Origin: a virus
UHGV virus genome: UHGV-0225219
Length of the DNA stretch: 41,659 nucleotides
Direction: 5' to 3' (one strand)
Both the position numbers and the translations under genes were made by a program. Below are positions 17,081 through 25,296 of the stretch, one piece after another (within the stretch, counting starts at the first letter, position 1; every line of letters begins with the position of its first letter). The notes beneath the pieces were generated by a model. That model searched no databases, was not told the origin of the DNA, and saw only the letters and a list, made by a program, of their open reading frames with translations.

Positions 17081-17587
17081 ATGCCGGTGAAACAGACAGA
17101 AGCACTGGAAGAAGTGGCAAGGCTGGCCGCAAAGGAAGCGGTCAAAGAACATGAGAAACAGACACAGAGAAATAAGCGCACAAAGATTTTCCAGAATACT
17201 AAGAAGTTGATGGAGAATTATAACAGAATTTGTCAGAGTGTGGAAGAGGGCGTGGCGGAGCTTTCTGATATGGACAATAGGGAAGAACTGGAGGAGTTCA
17301 CGGAGGAGGATATTTTTATCAACAGCATTCTTAAGAGCAAGCTCCGGAGCGTTGTCATGATAGGTCACATAGACAAGTGCCTGAAGCTCCTGGAGGATGA
17401 GGAGTGTCGGAAAAATACGCATGAGAAGTATCTGGCCTTTAAGTATTTCTATCTGGATGGGATGACATACGAGAATATTGCAGAGATTTACGGATATGGA
17501 GAGCGGACGGCCAGACGGTGGATAACGGAGCTTACAGGGATACTTAGTGTATACCTCTTTGGTTCAGACGCCCTTATGCTGGATTAG
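17081..17587 (+). CDS. ArpU-family (sigma-70 region-4-like) late transcriptional regulator
   Basis: GGAGGAGGTG RBS then ATG 17081. C-terminal HTH (…YENIAEIYGYGERTARRWITELTGIL…). Located just upstream of the packaging module, as is usual for ArpU-like late activators. Confidence 0.65.
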   Translation: MPVKQTEALEEVARLAAKEAVKEHEKQTQRNKRTKIFQNTKKLMENYNRICQSVEEGVAELSDMDNREELEEFTEEDIFINSILKSKLRSVVMIGHIDKCLKLLEDEECRKNTHEKYLAFKYFYLDGMTYENIAEIYGYGERTARRWITELTGILSVYLFGSDALMLD

Positions 17588-17927
17588 GGCCTTGACAGGA
17601 GCATGTCAAAATCGTGTCCTTGCCATGTCCGTTTGGACGATTTATAATTGTAATATGCAAAATTGGATGAAGCGGAAAGCTGATTGGTTTTGCACCCTCC
17701 CCATTTAAGCAACGGCCGCCAGGTATCACAGCCTGGCGGCTGGCTAACCGGTATTGTGTAATCCCTCATAAGACAGACCTGTACTTTAACGGGACAATGC
17801 CGCAGGGTACACAACCGGTGAGGTATCTGGTTTTATCCCCCATGATGTTTTCCAGATACGATTAGGGCATCCTAGAGATAGGGTGTCCTTTTATTATGAG
17901 TAGCTTATACTCATTAAATATTCTAAT

Positions 17928-17956
17928 TTGACAGAATCGAACATTTGTTCTATACT
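17928..17956 (+). promoter_or_regulatory. Near-consensus sigma-70-type promoter (TTGACA-17 bp-TATACT) for the membrane-protein moron
   Basis: Read directly. There is an AT-rich UP-like tract upstream and the gene start lies about 60 nt downstream. Confidence 0.6.
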
Positions 17957-18015
17957 GTGGTTACGAAGAGAAGATGTGGATGTGTTTTTGTAAGATTTGT
18001 GGAATTGGGAGGGGG

Positions 18016-18654
18016 ATGATTATGGATAATTTAAATCTTGATAATATTGAACAATTACTTCAATCTGAACCTTCTGAAAAGTTACTTTTTAAAGCAATCA
18101 AAGCTCTTAAAGTTGAAAAGAAGAATAGGAAATCACGATGGATATTAGTAGTTATATGTTGTATCCTCGGTTCCATAGTCGGAATTCATAAAGAAACAGT
18201 CACTATTTTCAGAGAAAGTATAGATGCTATTTTAAATGTTTCACTAGCACTTTTCGGAGTGATTTTCACTGGATATTCCTTGCTACAAGCCTTTATGAAT
18301 AAACAGATGTTACTTCAACTTCTAAAAGACACAAAAGTATGTGACGGAGGAGAAAAGAGTAGATTACAAGATATCAATGAGAATTTTGTATATTTAATGC
18401 TATTGTATGTTATTGCGATAATTGTAACATTGATTATGAAAATAGTGATGTTTTGTTTGCCTGACAGTTTTACATTATTTTTAAACATGATAGTAAATAA
18501 TGTGATTGCAGTAAGTTTAATTGCGGTTTATTTTATTTTTATTGGAATAATACTGTGGAGGACAGTTAGTTTCGTTTCTACAATTTTTCAACTGTTCAAT
18601 ATATATGCTGTGACAAGAGTTCTTGAAATGATAGATGAGGAAGAAAAGCCATAA
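18016..18654 (+). CDS. AT-rich four-TM membrane protein (moron; candidate superinfection-exclusion/abortive-infection protein)
   Basis: About 30% GC. GGGAGGGGGA RBS, then ATG at 18016 (or 18022). Four hydrophobic helices: ILVVICCILGSIVGI, VSLALFGVIFTGYSLL, VYLMLLYVIAIIVTLIM and VIAVSLIAVYFIFIGIILW. Confidence 0.65.
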   Translation: MIMDNLNLDNIEQLLQSEPSEKLLFKAIKALKVEKKNRKSRWILVVICCILGSIVGIHKETVTIFRESIDAILNVSLALFGVIFTGYSLLQAFMNKQMLLQLLKDTKVCDGGEKSRLQDINENFVYLMLLYVIAIIVTLIMKIVMFCLPDSFTLFLNMIVNNVIAVSLIAVYFIFIGIILWRTVSFVSTIFQLFNIYAVTRVLEMIDEEEKP

Positions 18655-18680
18655 TTTATCATATAAAAGGCGATGATTAG

Positions 18681-18709
18681 GGGCCACCTCCGGGCGGCTC
18701 TTTTTCTTT
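18681..18709 (+). terminator. Intrinsic terminator after the moron
   Basis: GC-rich imperfect stem GGGCCACC-tccg-GGCGGCTC followed by TTTTTCTTT. Confidence 0.5.
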
Positions 18710-18734
18710 ACCAAAACGATTGGAGGTGAGCCAG

Positions 18735-19277
18735 ATGGCATTAACGCCAAAACAGAAGATATTTGCAGATGAATACCTAATTGACCTTAATGCCACCAGG
18801 GCTTACAAGGTCGCGTATTCGAAGGTCAAGAAGGATGAAGCAGCTAGGGCTAACGGTAGTAGATTGCTAACAAATGCTAACGTTGCAGATTATATTGAGA
18901 AACGTATGAAAGAACGCGAGAAGCGCACAAAGATAACCCAGGATATGGTACTACAGGAACTGGCAAAATTGGGCTTCTTCGACATCCGGAAGCTGTTTGA
19001 TGACAGTGGAAAGCCATTGGATATTGCAAGTCTGGACAATGAAACGGCGGCATGCATTGCCGGCCTGGAAGTCATGGATGTTTATGAGGGGGCTAGAGAG
19101 GATAAGGAGTTTGTTGGATATATCAAAAAATACAAACTGTCCGATAAGCTTAAGGCATTGGAGCTCCTGGGGCGTCATCTGGGGATGTTCAAAGACAAGG
19201 TGGAGCTGTCAGGTGGCCTGGATACCGAAAAGACCAAACTGGATGACCTTCTTGAGCAGATGCGTGGTGGTGGGTAA
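18735..19277 (+). CDS. terS: Terminase small subunit (P27/Terminase_2 family)
   Basis: GGAGGTGA RBS then ATG 18735. …LTPKQKIFADEYLIDLNATRAYKVAYS… is the classic Terminase_2 N-terminus. Confidence 0.85.
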   Translation: MALTPKQKIFADEYLIDLNATRAYKVAYSKVKKDEAARANGSRLLTNANVADYIEKRMKEREKRTKITQDMVLQELAKLGFFDIRKLFDDSGKPLDIASLDNETAACIAGLEVMDVYEGAREDKEFVGYIKKYKLSDKLKALELLGRHLGMFKDKVELSGGLDTEKTKLDDLLEQMRGGG

Positions 19278-20626
19278 TGAGTGCGGAGAGATTGCTGCTG
19301 TCGGATAAGTACAAGGCGTTCCTGCGTTGTGATGCGCCGGTGGAGTTCCTGGAGGGTACCACGGCAGCCGGAAAGACTACGGTAGGCCTGTTCAAGTTCA
19401 TGCTTAAGGTAGCCGAAAGCCCAAAGAAGCTGCACATCCTGGCTGCGGATGATACAGGCGCCGCCGAGAAGAACATCATCCAGAAGGACCTGGGTATCCT
19501 GGATGACTTCGGCGTACTGGTGGAGTACAAAGGTAACGGCGGAGGTGGTTATAACATGCCCCACATCCTCTTCCACACATCCGGCGGTGATAAGATAATC
19601 TTTGTTGTCGGCTATGGCAACAAGCGCAAGTGGAAGGATGCACTGGGCGGCCAGTACGGATGCCTGTACATTGATGAGATTAACACGGCCGACATAGAGT
19701 TTGTGCGTGAGGCCGCCATGCGGAGTGATTACCTGATGGCCACGCTCAATCCGGATGACCCTGGCCTAGATGTCTACAAGGAGTATATCAACTGCTCCCG
19801 GCCATTGCCCGAATGGGAATCAGAGACACCAAAGGAAATTAAAGACGAATTGCAAGAGGAGCCAAAACCCGGCTGGGTACATTGGTTCTTTTCTTTTGCC
19901 CATAACCTGGGCCTGAGCAAGGAAAAACTGGAACAGATAATGACCAATACCCCGAAGGGAACGAAAATCTGGAAGAATAAGATTCAAGGCCTGCGTGGTA
20001 AGGCAACCGGATTGATATTCTCCAACTTTGAGCGGTCTAAGCATGTCATCACAGTCCAGCAGGCCAAGGCACTGAAATTTAAAAAGTTCACTGCGGCCCT
20101 GGACACATCCTACTCTTCCAAGTCCCCGGATACCATAGCCATGATATTCCAGGGAATCACGGAGGATAGGAAACTTATCACCCTGTCCGAAAAAGTCTAT
20201 AACAATTCCAAGCTTGACATCCCGCTGGCGCCCAGTGACACAGCAGTCAAGTTTGTGGGCTTCCTGGAGCAGTGCCGGAAGGATTGGGGATTTGCCAAGG
20301 ATGTGTACATAGACAATGCGGACCAGGCGACCATCACGGAGCTGCGCAAATACAAGCGGCTTAAGGGCTGCCTGTATAATTTTTACGATTCCTACAAGCG
20401 ACCGGAGATTTTGGACCGTATCAACCTGCAGCTGGGCTGGATACAGCAGGGCTGTTACCTGGTAGTTGATACCTGCATGGAGCATCTGTCCGAGTTGGAC
20501 CGGTACAGCTGGGATGATGAGAAGGACAAGCCAGAGGACAGGAACGACCATACCATTAATGCCAATCAGTATGCATGGATACCATACCGGAACCTGATTG
20601 GATTTGAGGAGGCTGAGAAGAAATGA
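19277..20626 (+). CDS. terL: Terminase large subunit
   Basis: 449 aa. Walker A motif …LEGTTAAGKTTVG…. C-terminal nuclease region with conserved acidic residues. Start overlaps the terS stop. Confidence 0.9.
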   Translation: MSAERLLLSDKYKAFLRCDAPVEFLEGTTAAGKTTVGLFKFMLKVAESPKKLHILAADDTGAAEKNIIQKDLGILDDFGVLVEYKGNGGGGYNMPHILFHTSGGDKIIFVVGYGNKRKWKDALGGQYGCLYIDEINTADIEFVREAAMRSDYLMATLNPDDPGLDVYKEYINCSRPLPEWESETPKEIKDELQEEPKPGWVHWFFSFAHNLGLSKEKLEQIMTNTPKGTKIWKNKIQGLRGKATGLIFSNFERSKHVITVQQAKALKFKKFTAALDTSYSSKSPDTIAMIFQGITEDRKLITLSEKVYNNSKLDIPLAPSDTAVKFVGFLEQCRKDWGFAKDVYIDNADQATITELRKYKRLKGCLYNFYDSYKRPEILDRINLQLGWIQQGCYLVVDTCMEHLSELDRYSWDDEKDKPEDRNDHTINANQYAWIPYRNLIGFEEAEKK

Positions 20627-22245
20627 GGTGGCTGAACAACATGAATGAGACAATTAAGCGTGGCATTCGTACCTGGCTGAATGTGGTGCCGGCCAGCGGG
20701 AACTGCATCCAGATTAACGAGGTCCTGGACTTCGAGGCTAATGCCATCCGGAACCGCATCTGGTACCGCGGGGATGGCAATGAGCTGGAACAGATGTACC
20801 AGCAGGCTCCCGAGTACGCTGACAAATACAAATTCTGGGCCAGCAGGTGCACTCCGGGTATGGAGATGCGCAAGATACATACCGGTCTGCCTGGGCTGAT
20901 TATCCGCATCCTCTCAGGCATTGTCCTGGATGATATGAATGACTTTGACTTTGCGGATAATGACCGGCAGCGGCAACTGTGGGAGGACATTGCAAAAGAT
21001 AATAAGTTCACTCGTAAAATGGAGAAGGCTTTAAAGGAGGTCCTATACATCGGGGATGGAGCCTTTAAGGTCACGATTGATACGACCGTCAGCGAGTTCC
21101 CCATCCTGGAATGGTATCCAGGGGAACGCGTTGAGATTGTCCGGAACCGGGACCGGGTGAAGGAGGTCGTGTTCAAGACGCCGTATAAGGCTGGCCATCA
21201 GCAGTATGTCCTATATGAGCATTATGGATATGGTTACATATACAACGAGTTGTACAAGGGTGACACTTCGGTGCCCCTCAATGCTATCGACGCCACCAAG
21301 GGCATCAAGGACACGAAGTTTGATGATAATGTCATCCTGGCAGTACCCTTGCAGGTGTATGAGTCCACCAAATATGAAGGACGCGGCGGCAGCATCTTTG
21401 ATGGTAAGCTGGACAGCTTTGACGCCTTTGACGAGGCTTGGTCCCAGTGGATGGATGCCCTACGCGCTGGACGAGCCAGGACATATATTCCTGAGTGCCT
21501 GATACCGCACGACCCAGCGACCGGGCAGATTATTCGCCCCAATTCTTTTGATAATCAGTATTTTGCCTCTGATAACGACATGTCAGAAAGTGCGGATAAC
21601 AAGGTCAACGTGGTGCAGCCAACTATCCCCCACGATAGTTATCTGGCGTCCTATTGTACAGCTTTGGACCTGTGCCTGCAGGGCGTTATCAGCCCATCCA
21701 CTCTGGGGATTGATGTCAAGAAGCTGGACAACGCCGAAGCGCAGCGCGAAAAGGAAAAAGCTACCCTGTACACCCGGAATGCTATTGTGGAGGCTCTGCA
21801 GGAGACTCTTCCGGAGCTGGTCAGCGCGGCAATCAACGCTTGCAATATCCTTCATGGTAAGGGGGTGGAGGAGGTCAAAGTGGATATCCCCTTCGGTGAG
21901 TATGCAAACCCATCCTTTGAGAGCCAGGTGGAGACCCTGGCCAAGGCCCGTCCCGGCGTTCCAATGATGAGCATCGAGGCTCAGGTGGAGGAATTGTATG
22001 GTGATAGCAAGGACGATGCATGGAAACAAGAGGAGATAGCGCGATTGAAGGCAGAGCAGGGCATTGCGAAAGTGGAAGAACCCGGAATCAATACGGCTGC
22101 TGGCAGTTTTCAACTTAACATGAAGGGAGGAAAGCCAGATGAAGGTCAAGGTAATGAACCGTCTGTATCAGATGAGCCAGAAGGAGTACCAGGGACTGCT
22201 GCAGGTGGCAAAGGAACAGGTACCACTGGGTATCTACGCAATTGA
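20623..22245 (+). CDS. Portal protein (SPP1 gp6-like)
   Basis: 540 aa, located directly after terL. The C-terminal tail is disordered and acidic. Confidence 0.8.
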   Translation: MRWLNNMNETIKRGIRTWLNVVPASGNCIQINEVLDFEANAIRNRIWYRGDGNELEQMYQQAPEYADKYKFWASRCTPGMEMRKIHTGLPGLIIRILSGIVLDDMNDFDFADNDRQRQLWEDIAKDNKFTRKMEKALKEVLYIGDGAFKVTIDTTVSEFPILEWYPGERVEIVRNRDRVKEVVFKTPYKAGHQQYVLYEHYGYGYIYNELYKGDTSVPLNAIDATKGIKDTKFDDNVILAVPLQVYESTKYEGRGGSIFDGKLDSFDAFDEAWSQWMDALRAGRARTYIPECLIPHDPATGQIIRPNSFDNQYFASDNDMSESADNKVNVVQPTIPHDSYLASYCTALDLCLQGVISPSTLGIDVKKLDNAEAQREKEKATLYTRNAIVEALQETLPELVSAAINACNILHGKGVEEVKVDIPFGEYANPSFESQVETLAKARPGVPMMSIEAQVEELYGDSKDDAWKQEEIARLKAEQGIAKVEEPGINTAAGSFQLNMKGGKPDEGQGNEPSVSDEPEGVPGTAAGGKGTGTTGYLRN

Positions 22246-22417
22246 GAAGCAGGGGTACGCGGAACTGCGTTGCGATAAATGCAGCAGCGTGACCCAGCTC
22301 AAGGCGTTGACACGGCAATTCAAGGCGCAGGGATTCAATGTGTATGCAAATAAGGGAGTGTATTTGTCAGAAGGAGGCACGCCTGGAGCGGAAGGGGCGC
22401 TGATGAGTGCAACATAA
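22139..22417 (+). CDS. Hypothetical 92-aa protein overlapping the portal 3' end
   Basis: AAGGGAGGAAAG RBS then ATG. It overlaps the portal by about 107 nt in another frame, so whether it is a real gene is uncertain. Confidence 0.3.
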   Translation: MKVKVMNRLYQMSQKEYQGLLQVAKEQVPLGIYAIEKQGYAELRCDKCSSVTQLKALTRQFKAQGFNVYANKGVYLSEGGTPGAEGALMSAT

Positions 22418-24047
22418 TGAGTACGATATCGGCGCCGCCTTCAAAGCCATAGAGGATGAACTTATCAAGTCTATGATACGCAATATGGACCGACATCGGG
22501 CCGAGGAAACCAAAGAGGGTATTGAGTGGTCCATGTGGCAGGCAGAGCAGCTTAAGGCCCTGGAAAAGTATAAGAGGGATAACCGAAAACGGTATGGAAA
22601 GCAGTTTCAGAATCTCAACAAGGAAATAGGTGAGCTGATACGGATATCCAGGCAAAAAGGTAACATGCAGCAGGAAATCCAGATACTGAACGCCATTCGC
22701 AAAGGATTTCCAGCCAGGAAAATCAGCAAAGGTGCCACCGCCGAGTTTTTTAAACTGAATGAACGGAAGCTGGAAGCATTGATCGAGGCCACTACCCACG
22801 ACATGGAAGCGGCGGAGACGGCTGTCCTGCGTAAAGCTAATGATGATTATCGTAAGGCAATCTTCAATGCCCAGGTTTATGCCAATACCGGTGCAGGAAC
22901 CTACGAGAAGGCAGTGGACATGGCTACCAGGGACATGCTCTCACGGGGCCTTAACTGTGTAGAGTATGCCAATGGTGCCCGTCATACCCTGGCAGATTAT
23001 GCCGACATGGCCATCCGGACGGCATCCAAGCGGGCGTATCTGCAAGGAGAAGGAGAGAAGCGTCAAGAATGGGGGATTACTACCGTGATTGTCAGCAAGC
23101 GCGGGAACCCGTGTCCGAAGTGCCTGCCATTTGTCGGTAAGGTCCTGATTGACGACGTCTGGTCCGGCGGAAAGAAATCCGATGGTCCGTATCCCCTCAT
23201 GAGCAAGGCCGTTGCGGCCGGCCTGTATCATCCCAGATGCAAGGACAGCCACACAACGTACTTCCCCGGCATTTCCACGGCGGACGATATCTGGAGTGAA
23301 AAGGAACTGGAAGACATCGGCCAGGCCAATCAGCAGGAGGCTGAACGGAAGTATGCTTCAAGGCAGGTAGAGAAATATGGGCGGCTGGCGGAATATTCTT
23401 TGTCACCAGAAAATCAGAAGCAGTATAAACAGAAATCCGAGAAATGGGAGGGGGAGGCAGGGGAGAGATACACGGTTTCAGATGAGATAAAGGTGTATCG
23501 GGATGATACACCTGAGAAAATGATAGATTTAGTCGATAAATACACGGAGGATGAATTTGTTGTGCTTAAGGAGACGGCTGAACATGCGTATGCGTATGAC
23601 CCGGATACAGACACAATTGTAGTTAACCCAGCCCATCCGTTGTATGAATATTATGACTATAGAGAGGTCATGATACATGAATTGGCGCACCGGATTGACC
23701 ACAACGAGTTTGGAAGCCCAATGAATGTACAGTTTACGGATGCTATTTTAGAATCAGAGAAAAGGTTGCTGAAAGATGCGGATAGATATAATAAATTATT
23801 TGCTCCTGGAGGAGAACTGGAGTATAATAACCTCATCAGCGATATACTGGGGTGCCTGACAGATAATGTGATAGTGGGCGATGCCTATCATGAATCACAA
23901 TATATTGGTATCCCAGGGTATTCAGAGTTGGAAGTGTTTGCAAACGTGTTCACTGCCCTTTACCAAGGGGATGATGTAACGGTTAAATTCCTCAAAGAGG
24001 AGTTGGGTGAATTATATCTTGCATTTTTGAAAGTTGTAGGTGAATAA
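22407..24047 (+). CDS. Head morphogenesis protein (MuF / SPP1 gp7 family) with C-terminal HExxH extension domain
   Basis: The N-terminal two-thirds has MuF-like motifs (…NCVEYANGARHTLADYADMAIRTASKRAYLQGE…). The last roughly 200 aa are AT-richer and contain …EVMIHELAHRIDHNEFGSP…. GTG start. Confidence 0.75.
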   Translation: MQHNEYDIGAAFKAIEDELIKSMIRNMDRHRAEETKEGIEWSMWQAEQLKALEKYKRDNRKRYGKQFQNLNKEIGELIRISRQKGNMQQEIQILNAIRKGFPARKISKGATAEFFKLNERKLEALIEATTHDMEAAETAVLRKANDDYRKAIFNAQVYANTGAGTYEKAVDMATRDMLSRGLNCVEYANGARHTLADYADMAIRTASKRAYLQGEGEKRQEWGITTVIVSKRGNPCPKCLPFVGKVLIDDVWSGGKKSDGPYPLMSKAVAAGLYHPRCKDSHTTYFPGISTADDIWSEKELEDIGQANQQEAERKYASRQVEKYGRLAEYSLSPENQKQYKQKSEKWEGEAGERYTVSDEIKVYRDDTPEKMIDLVDKYTEDEFVVLKETAEHAYAYDPDTDTIVVNPAHPLYEYYDYREVMIHELAHRIDHNEFGSPMNVQFTDAILESEKRLLKDADRYNKLFAPGGELEYNNLISDILGCLTDNVIVGDAYHESQYIGIPGYSELEVFANVFTALYQGDDVTVKFLKEELGELYLAFLKVVGE

Positions 24048-24237
24048 AGCAATGATGAAGGAAGAATTCAAGAACCGGATGCGGAACGATGAGGAACTTC
24101 AGGCATTAAGACGGAAGGTATACGCAATTACCGGACAGCTTAAGGATATTTCTTTCTGCCTTGGTGGAAAATACACCCTGGAGGAATGGAAAGAGCAGTT
24201 AAGGAAAATTGTCGAGGAGCATGAAAAATCCCAGTAA
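24040..24237 (+). CDS. Small protein immediately 3' of MuF (candidate immunity/accessory)
   Basis: 65 aa. It overlaps the MuF stop by 8 nt and is AT-richer than the surrounding genes. Confidence 0.4.
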   Translation: MNKAMMKEEFKNRMRNDEELQALRRKVYAITGQLKDISFCLGGKYTLEEWKEQLRKIVEEHEKSQ

Positions 24238-24255
24238 CCATAAAGGAGGGTATGT

Positions 24256-24579
24256 ATGGATGATTTCCGGTTGATTTATAAGATACTCCGCATCCTTCAG
24301 AAATCAATGGACTGCGAGGAAATAGATAGGGAAATCCTATCTGCTGAAAGACTCGAACTGTCTGTACCGAAATGGAGCCGTATAATGGCCATGCTGTTGA
24401 ATGAAGGGTATATTACAGGTGGGCAGACATGGAATGCCTTTGACTGCGGATACCCCAGGGTGGCGTTGACAAGGCCTGAGATTACGTTGAAGGGCCTTGA
24501 ATATCTGGAAGAAAATACTTTGATGAAGAAAGCAGCAAACCTCGCAAAAGGAATAAAGGATACAATACCGGGATTATAA
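24256..24579 (+). CDS. YjcQ-like winged-helix phage protein
   Basis: 107 aa. …FRLIYKILRILQKSMDCEEID… is typical of the YjcQ family. Confidence 0.45.
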   Translation: MDDFRLIYKILRILQKSMDCEEIDREILSAERLELSVPKWSRIMAMLLNEGYITGGQTWNAFDCGYPRVALTRPEITLKGLEYLEENTLMKKAANLAKGIKDTIPGL

Positions 24580-24613
24580 CCACCAGTCATTAATGGCCGG
24601 TGGTATTTTATTT
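24579..24613 (+). terminator. Intrinsic terminator (AACCACCAG-loop-CCGGTGGT then ATTTTATTTG)
   Basis: Read directly. It overlaps the yjcQ-like stop codon. Confidence 0.5.
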
Positions 24614-24629
24614 GTTGCGATATCGCAAC
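24614..24629. repeat. Palindrome copy 3, GTTGCGATATCGCAAC (perfect 16 bp)
   Basis: Read directly. It lies between the terminator and the RBS of the DUF2829 gene. Confidence 0.9.
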
Positions 24630-24647
24630 GGAAAGAGAGGGAAACAT

Positions 24648-25142
24648 ATGAATTTTTTGGACGCACTGAATCAGATGAAAAAAGGTATCCCAATGAAACT
24701 CCCGTCCTGGGGAGGGTATTGGTGCTGGGACCCGAAGAAGGAAACCGTCGTCATGTACACAAAGGATAATCAGCGGCTTGATATTCGCGAAACACAAAGA
24801 GTGGAATATACATTGCAGAATGTGCTGTCGGATGAATGGGATGTCGCCAATGGGGAAAACACACCCATCTTGGGTGGAACTGCCACCTTTGGTTTCGGCG
24901 ATGCCGTTAAATACATGAAACGCGGATTAAAAGTTAAAAGACAGGGATGGAATGGGAAAAACCAGTATATCGAACTGGCAACCAGTATCAGCTATAAAAA
25001 TGCAGATGGCGAGATTGTAAACTGCACGCATGATGCCATCGGAAATAAAGCCATAGCGTTTGTTGGCACGAGCGGCGTACAGATGGGATGGCTGGCAAGT
25101 CAGGCAGATATGCTGGCGGAGGACTGGATGTTTGTTGACTGA
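24648..25142 (+). CDS. Tandem DUF2829-domain protein (Tad2-like candidate anti-defence signal sponge)
   Basis: 164 aa. The C-terminal half (…FGFGDAVKYMKRGLKVKRQGWNGKNQYIEL…GWLASQADMLAEDWMFV) matches the DUF2829 signature. The N-terminal half (MNFLDALNQMKKG…SDEWDV) appears to be a second, degenerate copy. Confidence 0.55.
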   Translation: MNFLDALNQMKKGIPMKLPSWGGYWCWDPKKETVVMYTKDNQRLDIRETQRVEYTLQNVLSDEWDVANGENTPILGGTATFGFGDAVKYMKRGLKVKRQGWNGKNQYIELATSISYKNADGEIVNCTHDAIGNKAIAFVGTSGVQMGWLASQADMLAEDWMFVD

Positions 25143-25296
25143 TAAGATTGAGGAGTAAGCACGCAGGATTATCCTGGGTGCTATTTTTACGCCCAAACAC
25201 GAGCATGGCTTTAAACTGCTGCGTGGCCAGTGACACTGATGACAATGGATGAAACGAAAATCACAGGGTGACACCCTTAAAATGGAGGTATTGACG

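Noticed and set aside
16870-17422. Minus-strand ORFs (103 and 152 aa) across the high-GC patch and the ArpU gene
   Set aside because: High GC suppresses stop codons in all frames. These ORFs are antisense to a gene with a clear RBS and an HTH domain.
19820-20653. Long antisense ORFs inside terL, the portal and the tape measure gene (19820-20653, 20556-21176, 31605-32570 and 32688-33281, all minus strand)
   Set aside because: They are fully embedded antisense to well-supported structural genes. They lack RBS motifs and reflect the codon bias of the sense strand.
7118-22438. Stand-alone GATATC (EcoRV-type) sites at 7118, about 13773 and about 22433, as evidence of a restriction-related role for the palindrome
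   Set aside because: GATATC is not depleted in the window (about 7 sites against about 10 expected). The recurrent element is the full 16-mer, not the hexamer.
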